A program made the position numbers and the translations under genes. Below the pieces are notes generated by a model. That model saw only the letters and a program-made list of their open reading frames with translations, was not told where the DNA came from and searched no databases. Shown here piece by piece: positions 49,609 through 60,680 of a stretch of DNA of 64,000 nucleotides. This stretch comes from an uncultured Planctomycetota bacterium. GTDB lineage: Bacteria > Planctomycetota > Planctomycetia > Isosphaerales > Isosphaeraceae. The DNA lies in NCBI GenBank assembly GCA_963737655.1, contig CAVTTN010000002.1, forward strand, positions 6,432,001-6,496,000, written 5' to 3'. Positions within the stretch are counted from its first letter, which is position 1. Each line of letters opens with the position of its first letter.

Positions 49609-50877
49609 TCATGGCCGGATCGGGATCTCGGCGGAGATCGGCCGTTGCTTCTGGACCATCCGCGTCCCCTCGCCCACGAGCCTCAGGTACCAGTCGCTCG
49701 GCAACCCTTCGTAGCCGACGAATGGGGCCTGTTTCGGCGGGGAATTCGTGACCTTGAAGATCGCCGTGCCCTCATCTACCTCGTCGAACATGGCCACGAA
49801 CACCGAGTCCACCTCCATCCTGGCCAGCTCGTGGAACTGCTCCCAGAGGAATTGGCCTTTCCGTCGGGGGATGTCGCTGGTGCCGGGCCGGTTTCGCTGG
49901 AGGTTGCTCCAGGAGAAGCCGGGGTAGACCGTCGGCAGCCAGAGGACGCCTCGGCGGTCGCAATCGCGTTTATCCTCGGCCCAGTAGTTGGTTGTGGCGT
50001 GCTTGACTCCCTGGGAATCGATCGAAACGTTCCCGATATTCCAGGGGGAATAGCCGTCGAGCCGATCCAGGACCGCGCGCCATTCCGGGTCCTGGTCCTT
50101 CCGCCAGTCCCAGGCCCCTCCGCCGATCAAGAAGGCGGGATGGGGGCCGTCGGCCGCGAAGAACGCGATCAGGCGGCGGGCGATCTCGGGCGTCATCGGG
50201 TTGTGGGCCTGGTTCCGGTAGAACCCCCAGACCTGCACCACCGGCCGGCCCTTCTCGTGGATGTACCGGGCGTCGGCCGGGATTCCGGCGGCTTCCAGTC
50301 TCTTCCATTCGTCGGTGAGGACCTCGACGATGCGATCGGGCGGCATCCCGGAGATGTCAAACGACAGGGCCCAGGCCCGGCCGGTGTCGCGAGCGGCCTT
50401 GCGGACGAGATCCAGCACCCGCCTTCTCGACTCGATCCGCTCGTTCGACAGCCCTCCCGGCAGGTCCACCAGGAAATGCTGGAGCCAGACGCCCTCGATT
50501 CCCGCGTCTCGCATCCACCGGAAGTGGCGGGCGACCGTCTCGGCGTTGTCGGAGCTGAACAGAGAGGCCGGGCGGCCGTCGGAATCCGTGAATCCGGGGG
50601 CCGCAAAGCGTTCCGCCGGGCCGAATTCCGTCATGTCGGGCCACATGTCGAAGGTGAGCGTCCCCGGCGCGATCCTGTGTTGATCGCGGCTCCAGTGGAC
50701 CCAGCCCATCCCCGACGGATCGCCCGGACAGCGGAACCAGCCCTGATAACCGCACAGGACCTTGCCGCGAACCGTCGTCGCATCGACAACGCCGGCCTCA
50801 TCTTCGGCCGACGAGGCCGGGGGAGACGCTCCTCCTCCGATCGCGACCAGAAGCAGCCCGACACCGAGGCGATTCAT
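49609..50877 (-). CDS. Glycoside hydrolase family 71/99-like protein
   Basis: KVLCGYQGWF, MWPDMTE, HFRWM, YPGFSWSN, FVAMFDEVDEGTAIFK. Confidence 0.85.
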   Translation of the reverse strand: MNRLGVGLLLVAIGGGASPPASSAEDEAGVVDATTVRGKVLCGYQGWFRCPGDPSGMGWVHWSRDQHRIAPGTLTFDMWPDMTEFGPAERFAAPGFTDSDGRPASLFSSDNAETVARHFRWMRDAGIEGVWLQHFLVDLPGGLSNERIESRRRVLDLVRKAARDTGRAWALSFDISGMPPDRIVEVLTDEWKRLEAAGIPADARYIHEKGRPVVQVWGFYRNQAHNPMTPEIARRLIAFFAADGPHPAFLIGGGAWDWRKDQDPEWRAVLDRLDGYSPWNIGNVSIDSQGVKHATTNYWAEDKRDCDRRGVLWLPTVYPGFSWSNLQRNRPGTSDIPRRKGQFLWEQFHELARMEVDSVFVAMFDEVDEGTAIFKVTNSPPKQAPFVGYEGLPSDWYLRLVGEGTRMVQKQRPISAEIPIRP

Positions 50878-50902
50878 TCAGGGGCTCCGATGCGAAGTCC
50901 GG

Positions 50903-51673
50903 TCAACTCGGCAGGATCGGCCGGGCCCACGCGGCGAGGTCCTCGCGGAGAGGCGGGGTCGGCGGCTCGGAGTAGTCGATCAGCAAGTCGAACCGGGCGC
51001 GATCGTACAGGGCGTGCAAGACCATCCCAAGCTCCAGCGGCGGCTCGGGGTCTCCCGGCAGTAAAGGCAGATGGATCAAGGGGATGGGGTCAGGGAGGTT
51101 GAACGCGAAGAGCTGCGCCCGGGGCCTCCGGGGTTCCCGACTGATCAGGATGCGATAATCGCTGTGACGTCCCCCGCCGACCCAGTTCATCGGCTTCCCC
51201 GCGCGGAGGAGGTCGATCTCGACGAGGTTCGTCAGGCTGTCCAGGACCCGGGCCCTCTTCCTCTCGTACTTCCGCCGCCCCCTGGCCATCAGCTTGTTGG
51301 CCGGCGACATCATCTCCAGCAGGGTGATGAGCTTCCGCGTCTTCACCGAGCGGATTTCGAGGTAGGTCTCGCGGATTTCCTCGACGCTCGGGATCTCGAC
51401 CTCCAGAACCTGGCCCCCAACCTCGTCCCTGGCCAGCCCCCCGGGGCCGGGGGCCGGATGATGGGTCGAGACCGACAAATCCGGGACGCCGATGAACGCG
51501 AGTTCCTCGGGCGAGGTCAGCGTGTTCGTCCTCTGCTCCAGGCCCACATAGTATTTTGGGGCGACCAGGGGCGAGAGTGCGTCCGCGACCGCGGCGATGA
51601 GGCGGCTAGGCACGTCCGGCCACAACGCCGGGTGCTCCGACCACGGGTCCATGCCGGGGAATGGCGGTCTCAT
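50903..51673 (-). CDS. DUF4058 family protein
   Basis: MRPPFPGMDPW, ITLLEMMSPANK, NLVEIDLLRAG. Confidence 0.9.
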   Translation of the reverse strand: MRPPFPGMDPWSEHPALWPDVPSRLIAAVADALSPLVAPKYYVGLEQRTNTLTSPEELAFIGVPDLSVSTHHPAPGPGGLARDEVGGQVLEVEIPSVEEIRETYLEIRSVKTRKLITLLEMMSPANKLMARGRRKYERKRARVLDSLTNLVEIDLLRAGKPMNWVGGGRHSDYRILISREPRRPRAQLFAFNLPDPIPLIHLPLLPGDPEPPLELGMVLHALYDRARFDLLIDYSEPPTPPLREDLAAWARPILPS

Positions 51674-51847
51674 GCGTTCAGTATAACAATCCGTCCGTTC
51701 GCCGGTCAATCGGGTTGAGAGTGACCTTGCGGGATTCCCCCTCCGATCGCTAAGATTGACCCCTTCCGTCGGGGCGGACCGCCTCTCGACGACGCCCGCA
51801 CTCTGCGATTGGGGCCCAAGTCCGGGCCGGCAGGAGCTTTCCGAGCG

Positions 51848-52165
51848 ATGTACGCCATTTTCGAGAACGGTAGCCACCAGTACCGGGTCAGCGAAGGAGA
51901 CCTCGTGACCGTCGATCGCCGCGACGGCGAACACGGGACCGAAGTCATCTTCGACAAGATCCTGCTCGTCGCCGGAGGGGACGGAGCCGCCACGATCGGC
52001 GCCCCGCTCGTGGCCGGGGCGAAGGTCGTCGGGACGATCGTCCGCCAGTTCCGCGACAAGAAGATCATCATCCAGAAGTTCCGCCGCCGCAAGAACATGA
52101 GGCGGAAGCGCGGGCATCGCCAGCCCTACACCACCATCAAGGTCACCGCCGTCAGCATCGCCTGA
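51848..52165 (+). CDS. rplU: 50S ribosomal protein L21
   Basis: MYAIFENGSHQYRVSEG, KFRRRKNMRRKRGHRQPYT; AGGAG RBS. Confidence 0.97.
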   Translation: MYAIFENGSHQYRVSEGDLVTVDRRDGEHGTEVIFDKILLVAGGDGAATIGAPLVAGAKVVGTIVRQFRDKKIIIQKFRRRKNMRRKRGHRQPYTTIKVTAVSIA

Positions 52166-52627
52166 CGGATCGGCCTCGCCGGATCGTAACTCGCTTCCTC
52201 TCCGCCGTTGCAGGCCCCCGTTCGGGCCTGGAACGGCGTTCGCATTTCTTGACCTTTCGGCAGAGCGATCACGTCCGGCGCAATTCGGCGATCCTGCCGA
52301 AGCCTTTTTCTCCAGATTGCCCGGCCCTCCCTACCGCCGATTTTCTTTCCATCTTCTCGGGCGCGGTTAAGATACCGGATGGCATGTCCACCGTCCCCGA
52401 AGGGTAAGTCCGAGCCAGGTCGACGGGAATTTCTCAATTCTTGACGGTTCGGGACTTCGGTTGCCGCTCGCGGCGAACTCGGTGGGTTTCTTGACGGCTC
52501 GGTCAAGTTTCCATGACTATCCACCCGATCATTAAAAAAATCCGTTCAGTGGTGGACAAAGGTCTTGACAGAGCCGGTCCGAACTGGCACAACGCAGCGA
52601 TCACCAGGTCCGAACCGGAGAACGTCC

Positions 52628-55612
52628 ATGGCGACGGTCAGCGAGCGGGCATCCAAGACGGGTAGCGCGGATCAGGGCCGGACCTCGTCGCGACGGGGGA
52701 TGGCCGTCCCCCGGGTCTTCAGCACGCCGGGCGTCTCGCCCTTCGACACGGTCGATTGGGACCTCCGCACCGCGGCGATCAAGGACGAGAAGGGGCGCGT
52801 CCTGTTCGAGCAGACCGAGTGCGAGGTCCCCCGGACCTGGAGCCAGCTCGCCACCAACGTGGTCGTGAGCAAGTACTTCTACGGCGAGATCAACACGCCC
52901 GAGCGAGAGACCAGCGTCCGCCAGTTGATCGATCGCGTCACCAGGACGATCTCCGACTGGGGCCGCGAGGATGGCTATTTCGCCTCGACCGAGGACGCCG
53001 ACGCCTTTTATGACGAATTGACGACCCTCTGCCTCCAGCAGTTCGGCTCGTTCAACTCGCCCGTCTGGTTCAACGTCGGCCTGTACCACCGCTACGGGAT
53101 CGAGGGGCCGGCCAACAACTGGCGATGGGACGAGGAAACGCGAACGGTCGTCCGAGCCGAACGGGCGTACGAGTACCCGCAGGGGTCGGCCTGCTTCATC
53201 CAGTCGGTCGATGACGACATGGAATCGATCATGAGGCTGGCCACGTCCGAGGCCATGCTCTTCAAGTACGGCTCGGGCACGGGCTCGGATCTCTCGACGC
53301 TGCGTTCCAGCCGCGAGAAGCTCTCCGGCGGGGGTCGGCCCAGCGGCCCGGTGAGCTTCATGAGGGTCTACGACGCGATCGCCAGCGTGGTGAAGTCCGG
53401 CGGCAAGACCCGCCGCGCCGCCAAGATGCAGACGCTCAAGATCTGGCATCCCGACGTCCTCGAATTCATCGAGTGCAAGACGAAGGAAGAGAAGAAGGCC
53501 CAGACCCTGATCCGCGCCGGCTACGAGGCCAATTTCAACGGCGAGGCGTATGCCTCGGTCCTGTTCCAGAACGCCAACCTGACGGTCCGGGTGACCGACG
53601 GCTTCCTCCGGGCCGTGGAATCCGGCGGCGACTGGACCACCCGCGCCGTGACCACCGGCCGCCCGATGCAGACCTACAAGGCCGGCGACCTCATGGACAA
53701 GATCGCCGAGGGCACCTGGCTCTGCGGGGACCCCGGCCTCCAGTACGAGGATACGATCCAGCGCTGGCACACCTGCCCGAACACCGCGCCCATCAATTCC
53801 AGCAATCCTTGCAGCGAGTACATGTTTCTGGATGATAGCGCGTGCAACCTCGCGTCGATCAACCTGATGAAGTTCCGCCGGGAAGACGGCTCGTTCGACT
53901 TCTCGGGCTTCCGCGCGGCGTGCCGGGTGTTCATCACGGCCCAGGAGATCCTGGTCGATCACGGGAGCTACCCGACCGACCGGATCGCCCTGAACAGCCA
54001 CAAGTTCCGGCCGCTGGGCCTGGGTTACGCGAACCTCGGGTCGTTGATCATGGCCTCGGGTCGGCCGTATGACTCGGACGAGGGCCGGGCCCTGGCCGGC
54101 GCGATCACGGCGATCATGCACGGGCAGGCGTACCTCTCGTCGTCGGAACACGCGGCGAACCTCGGGCCGTTCGACGGCTTCGCCCTGAACCGCGAGCCGA
54201 TGCTCCGCGTGATGGAGATGCACCGCTCGGCCGTCGAGGCGATCGATCCCTCGGTGCCGCCCGAGCTCCTGGACGAGGCCCGCGCCGTCTGGGACGAGTG
54301 CCTGGAATCGGGCCGGAAGCACGGCTATCGCAACAGCCAGGTCACCGTGCTCGCCCCCACCGGCACCATCGCCTTCATGATGGACTGCGACACCACGGGC
54401 GTCGAGCCCGACATCGCCCTGGTGAAGTACAAGCAGCTGGCCGGCGGAGGGATGCTCAAGATCGTCAACCGGACGGTCCCGATGGCCCTGAAGACCCTCG
54501 GGTATGACGACCCGACGATCCGAGGGGTGATGGACTTCGTCGACGAGCACGACACGATCGAGGGGGCGCCGGGCCTGATCGACGAGCACCTGCCGGTGTT
54601 CGATTGCGCCTTCACGCCCCGAGGCGGCACGCGGTCCATCGCCTGGACGGGCCACGTGAGGATGATGGCGGCGGTCCAGCCGTTCCTCTCCGGGGCGATC
54701 TCCAAGACGATCAACATGCCCCGGGAATCGACGGTGGCCGACATCCGCGAGGCGTACCTCGAAGGCTGGAGGCTGGGCCTGAAGGCGGTGGCGATCTACC
54801 GAGACGGCTCCAAGGAGAGCCAGCCGGTGAGCACCTCGACCGAGGAGAAGCAGGCCGAGCAGAAGCTCGCCGCCGCCTCGCCCGAGCCGGCCCCAGTGGC
54901 GGCCTCGGAGCCTCGCCCGGTCGCCCCGGTCGTCGCGACTCCGGCCCCGGTCCCCTCCACTCCCCAGCCCCGCCGCGAGCGGCTCCCCGATACTCGGCGG
55001 AGCCTGACCCACAAGTTCGACATCCAGGGGCACGAGGGATACGTCACCGTCGGCTTCTTCGCCGACGGCCGACCCGGGGAGCTGTTCATCACGATGGCCA
55101 AGGAAGGCTCGACGATCGGCGGCCTGATGGACACCATCGGGACGCTGGTCTCGATGGGCTTGCAGTACGGCGTCCCCCTGTCGGTCTTCGTCAACAAGTT
55201 CGCCCACCAGCGGTTCGAGCCGGCCGGGTTCACCAAGAACCCGGACATCCCGATCGCCAAGAGCGTGACCGACTACATCTTCCGCTGGCTCGGGATGGAG
55301 TTCCTCCCCGGCTACCGCGAGGCGAATTCCCCGAAGCGCGACTACAGCGAGCCGGTCGAGCTCCCGTCGGCCCCGACGGTGAAGGTCAACGGCCACCGCA
55401 AGGCCACCGTGGCGGACCTGGACCACCCCGAGGCCATCGTCCACCAGATCCAGCCGATCGACCCGGCGGCCGAGGCCCGGGAGGTCCAGCAGGAGCAGTT
55501 CGCCCACTTCCAGTCCGATGCCCCGGCCTGCGACAACTGCGGGGCCCTGACCGTCCGCTGCGGGACCTGCTACCGCTGCTTCAACTGCGGCAACTCGATG
55601 GGCTGCTCCTGA
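52628..55612 (+). CDS. nrdJ: Vitamin B12-dependent class II ribonucleotide reductase
   Basis: FNSPVWFN, SACFI, NPCSEY, CNLAS, LAPTGTI, SGAISKTINM, YRDGSK; C-terminal TSCPD-like domain and Cys-rich tail. Confidence 0.96.
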   Translation: MATVSERASKTGSADQGRTSSRRGMAVPRVFSTPGVSPFDTVDWDLRTAAIKDEKGRVLFEQTECEVPRTWSQLATNVVVSKYFYGEINTPERETSVRQLIDRVTRTISDWGREDGYFASTEDADAFYDELTTLCLQQFGSFNSPVWFNVGLYHRYGIEGPANNWRWDEETRTVVRAERAYEYPQGSACFIQSVDDDMESIMRLATSEAMLFKYGSGTGSDLSTLRSSREKLSGGGRPSGPVSFMRVYDAIASVVKSGGKTRRAAKMQTLKIWHPDVLEFIECKTKEEKKAQTLIRAGYEANFNGEAYASVLFQNANLTVRVTDGFLRAVESGGDWTTRAVTTGRPMQTYKAGDLMDKIAEGTWLCGDPGLQYEDTIQRWHTCPNTAPINSSNPCSEYMFLDDSACNLASINLMKFRREDGSFDFSGFRAACRVFITAQEILVDHGSYPTDRIALNSHKFRPLGLGYANLGSLIMASGRPYDSDEGRALAGAITAIMHGQAYLSSSEHAANLGPFDGFALNREPMLRVMEMHRSAVEAIDPSVPPELLDEARAVWDECLESGRKHGYRNSQVTVLAPTGTIAFMMDCDTTGVEPDIALVKYKQLAGGGMLKIVNRTVPMALKTLGYDDPTIRGVMDFVDEHDTIEGAPGLIDEHLPVFDCAFTPRGGTRSIAWTGHVRMMAAVQPFLSGAISKTINMPRESTVADIREAYLEGWRLGLKAVAIYRDGSKESQPVSTSTEEKQAEQKLAAASPEPAPVAASEPRPVAPVVATPAPVPSTPQPRRERLPDTRRSLTHKFDIQGHEGYVTVGFFADGRPGELFITMAKEGSTIGGLMDTIGTLVSMGLQYGVPLSVFVNKFAHQRFEPAGFTKNPDIPIAKSVTDYIFRWLGMEFLPGYREANSPKRDYSEPVELPSAPTVKVNGHRKATVADLDHPEAIVHQIQPIDPAAEAREVQQEQFAHFQSDAPACDNCGALTVRCGTCYRCFNCGNSMGCS

Positions 55613-55621
55613 AAACCGGGG

Positions 55622-55694
55622 ATGTCGGGTGCATGCCATGCGCCATCTTCGATTCGTCGTCAGTCGAAGATGGTGCATGGCATGCACCCGACAT
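55622..55694. repeat. REP-like doublet between convergent genes
   Basis: 31-bp arms 55622-55652 / 55664-55694, one G-T mismatch. Confidence 0.85.
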
Positions 55695-55700
55695 GATCGT

Positions 55701-56366
55701 TCACGTGGGATTGCCCAGGTGGGCGAGGAAGTCCTGGAGGGCCGGGCGACTCGCGGTGATCGAGGCCCCGTGCCCTCCGGGATAGGTGTAGACGTGTCCG
55801 TTGGTGAAATCGTCCGCGAAGCTTGCCGCGCTTTGCGAAGCGGTCACGTTCTGATCTCGGAGGCCGAAGGCCGAGGCGATGTAGGCCGTCGAGGGGCTCG
55901 GACCGCTCAGCGCAGCGATCCCGCCCTGGGTGAACGGGACGTGGGACCGAACATAGGTGGCGAACCGATCGCGCCCGTGGAACTGGAAATAGTCGCGGAG
56001 GTCCGGCGGGCCGTAGTCGTTCAGGACCGCCGTGACGTGCAGCGAGGGATCGGCCGAGAGCCTCATCGCCAGGGCTCCGCCCGCGCTGAAGCCCACCAGC
56101 CCGATCGGCTGGCCATGACCCATCGCCCGGATCTGGTTGGCCAACGCCCGGACCGCCCCGGCCGTCGCGATCGTCGGATAGGAAAGCTGGACGGGCCTCT
56201 GACCGGCCGCCGCCAGCACCGATGCCGCGTCGGCCGTCAGCGAATTCGGCCCGGCCGGCGAGAACGCATTCCCGTTCAGGATGAAGACCAGGGTCGAGAG
56301 GGTCCGGCCCTCCACCGCTTCCACCCCGGGCACGAATCGCCCCGCCCCAGCTCGTCGCGCGCTCAT
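55701..56366 (-). CDS. Small alpha/beta hydrolase-fold protein with planctomycete N-terminal motif
   Basis: FVPGVEAVEGRTLS, GFSAGG, GLRDQNV, YPGGH. Confidence 0.72.
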   Translation of the reverse strand: MSARRAGAGRFVPGVEAVEGRTLSTLVFILNGNAFSPAGPNSLTADAASVLAAAGQRPVQLSYPTIATAGAVRALANQIRAMGHGQPIGLVGFSAGGALAMRLSADPSLHVTAVLNDYGPPDLRDYFQFHGRDRFATYVRSHVPFTQGGIAALSGPSPSTAYIASAFGLRDQNVTASQSAASFADDFTNGHVYTYPGGHGASITASRPALQDFLAHLGNPT

Positions 56367-56466
56367 CGGCCCCCCCTCAAAAAGATGTCCTTCGACGTTA
56401 CATCCTTTTCGAGGGGCCAGTCAACGAAATAAATTACCCAATTTACCCAAATTCTGATAATATGAC

Positions 56467-57912
<1,446 letters not shown>

Positions 57913-57913
57913 C

Positions 57914-60303
57914 TCATTCCCTCGTGAGGAACTCGTCGAGGTTCAGGAGGACCCTCGCGACGGTCAGCCACGCCGCCGCCTCGTCCCCCTCGGTTCGCAC
58001 CTTCCTCAGCAGCGATTCCAGCCGGTCCCGCTCGCGAGGCGACGGCGACCGGGCCACGCAGAGGCGGAACGCCTCGTCCAGCCGCCGAGAATCCGGCCGT
58101 TCTCCGCCTCGCAATCGCGAGGCCAGCGCCCGGCGCATTCGACGAACGCCTCGTCATTCAAGAGCGTGAGCGCCTGAAGCGGCGTGTTCGACCGCAACCT
58201 CCGCGTGCAGGACCGCGTGCCGTCGGGGGCGTCGAACAGGGTGAACAGCGGGTGGGGGGTGGCCCTCCAGAAGAACGTGTACATCCCTCGACGGTAGCGG
58301 TCGGGCCCGGTGCTCGTCTTCCACTCGCGGCGCATCTGGCCGAGGTTCATCACGCCGTCGGGCTGAGGCGGGAACACGCTCGGCCCGCCGATCGCCGGGT
58401 TCAGCAGCCCGCTGGCCTTCAGGGCCGAGTCCCGGACGAACTCCGCGTCGAGCCGGACCCGCGACTGCCGGGCCAGCAGCCGGTTGTCGGGGTCGATCGT
58501 CGCGAGGTCCGATCGGAAATTCGACGCTTGCCGATACGTGGCGCTCGTGGCGATCAAGCGATGGATCGCCTTCGGGCTCCAGCCCCCGTTCACGAACTCG
58601 GTGGCCAGCCAGTCGAGCAATTCGGGGTGGGTCGGCGGGGTGCCCTGGGTGCCGAAGTCGTTCTCCGTCTCCACGAGCCCTCGGCCGAATTCGGCCTGCC
58701 AGAAGCGGTTGACCGCGACCCGGGCCGTCAGCGGGTTCGCCGGATCGACGAGCCATCGGGCCAGGTCCATCCGGTCGGGCGCCCCGCCCGGGCTCGCCAG
58801 CGACGGCAGGGCGGCCGGCACTCCCGGCGAGACCTTCTCGCCGAGGCGGGTGAAATCCCCTTGAATGAGGACGTGACTCTCTCTCGGTTTCGATCGCTCG
58901 CGGACGATCAGCGTCGTCGGCCGTTTCGCCACGCCCTTCTTCAGCTCGGCGATCTTCTTGCGATGGGGAGAGCCGGCCGGGTCCTGCTCGACGAACGCGG
59001 CGAGGACGGTCGTCTTCTGCTCCGCGGACCTCTTCTCGGGCACGGTGTCGAACGCGGCGCGGACCTCCTGCGATTGCTTCTGGCGGCCGCCCATGTCCAG
59101 GCCGTCCTCCCACGCCTTCCGCTTCGCGTCGACCTCGGGGTCGTCGGCCAGCGTCGCGAGATACGCCGCCACGGCCTCCTCGGCGCGTTTTTCGGCGGCG
59201 ACCTCGTCGGGCGAGGCGAGCGTCAGCGCGACCTCGTCGACGTTGTTGAAGAAGGCGAACAGGCGGTAGTAATCGGCCTGGGGGAGCGGGTCGAACTTGT
59301 GGTCGTGGCACTGGCAGCAGCCCATCGTCAGGCCGAGCCAGACGGAGGCGGTTGTGTTCACGCGATCGAGGATCGATTCGATGCGGAACTGCTCCACGTC
59401 GATCCCGCCCTCCTCGTTGATCGGCGTGTTCCGGTGGAACCCGGTGGCGATCTTCTGGGCCATCGAGGCGTCGGGGCGGAGGTCCCCGGCGATCTGGTCG
59501 ATGGTGAACTGGTCGAACGGCATGTCGCGGTTCAGGGCGTCGATCACCCAGTCGCGATAGGGCCAGATGGAGCGGGGGGCGTCGATGCTGTAGCCGTTGG
59601 AGTCGGCATAGCGGGCGGCGTCGAGCCACAAACGGCCCCACCGCTCGCCGTAGTGAGGGGAGGCGAGCAGGCGATCGACCATCCGTTCGTGGGCGTCGGC
59701 CCTCTCGTCATGAACGAACGAATCGACCTCCTCGGGGGTCGGCGGCAGGCCGATCAAATCGAGGCTGGCGCGGCGGATGCGGGTCGCGCGGTCGGCCTCG
59801 GGCGAGGGGGCAATCCCCTCCTTTTCGAGCCTCGCGAGGATGAACCGATCGATCGGGTTCTTGACCCAGGCTTCCTCGCGGACGGCCGGCAAATCGGGCC
59901 GTTTCGGCGGGAGGAAGGCCCAGTGGACGGGCGGCTTCGAGGGGATTTCGTCGTCGGGGGCCGGGGCCCCGGCATCGATCCACCGACGGATCGCCTCGAT
60001 GTCCTTCTCGGGCAAGGGCGGGCGCTTCAGGGGCATCCGGGCGCCGGCCCCCTCGCCCCGGAGGGCCAGGACGATCGGGCTCTCGGCCCCCTGCCCCGCG
60101 ACCACGGCCGGGCCGCTCGTCCCGCCCTGGAGCAGGCCCTTCGCCGTATCGACCCGCAATTTCGCCTTCGGCTTCGTCTCGCCGTGGCAGCGGACGCAGT
60201 GGGTCGCCAAAAGAGGCTTGATGTCCCGGACATAATCGACGGCCGGCCCATCGGCCGGGAGGACGCCGATCAGGGACGACAGCGCGAGGACCAGTCCATT
60301 CAT
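57914..60303 (-). CDS. Planctomycete cytochrome c + DUF1549/DUF1553 (PSD1) protein (frameshift near 58131)
   Basis: CVRCH, HWAF, NPIDRFI, YGERWGRLWLD, CCQCHDHKFDP, HPELLDWLA, NTPLQAL; tail LLNLDEFLTRE in the next frame. Confidence 0.92.
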
Positions 60304-60439
60304 GATGAGGACCCGTCGAGAGCGATCGGGAGAGAAGCGGCGGGGAGACTCCAGGGTACTCCGAGAGAGGCCCAGAAATCCAGGGGTTTTGACCCATACC
60401 CGGGCCGGATCGGTCGCTCCGGATTCGGAAAGCGGCCGT

Positions 60440-60565
60440 TCTGGGTGGCCCCGGTTCTCGAACCGGGGCGGCGGAGCCGCAAGAGGCCCGGAACCTTGAC
60501 GGGCCGCGAGGGCCTTCGCCTCTTCTCGCTTCGCGACCCCGGTTCGAGAACCGGGGCCACCCAGA
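60440..60565. repeat. GGGTGG-type REP doublet
   Basis: Perfect 29-bp arms 60440-60468 / 60537-60565. Confidence 0.85.
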
Positions 60566-60680
60566 GCAACGCTCGACTCTGGACCTTGCGATTTTGGGGT
60601 GATCCCGGTTCGTGGACCGGCGCATCCGACCTCCGGCTCGGACCCGGATTGACGGAGGATTCCGGGCCACGCCCGGGTGC

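Noticed and set aside
52166..52627. Cobalamin riboswitch upstream of B12-dependent nrdJ
   Set aside because: Core elements (GGGAA, GCCCCCGCAACTGT, B12 box) not found in order
60530..60560. GGTTCGA suggesting a tRNA T-loop
   Set aside because: Part of the 29-bp inverted repeat; no cloverleaf
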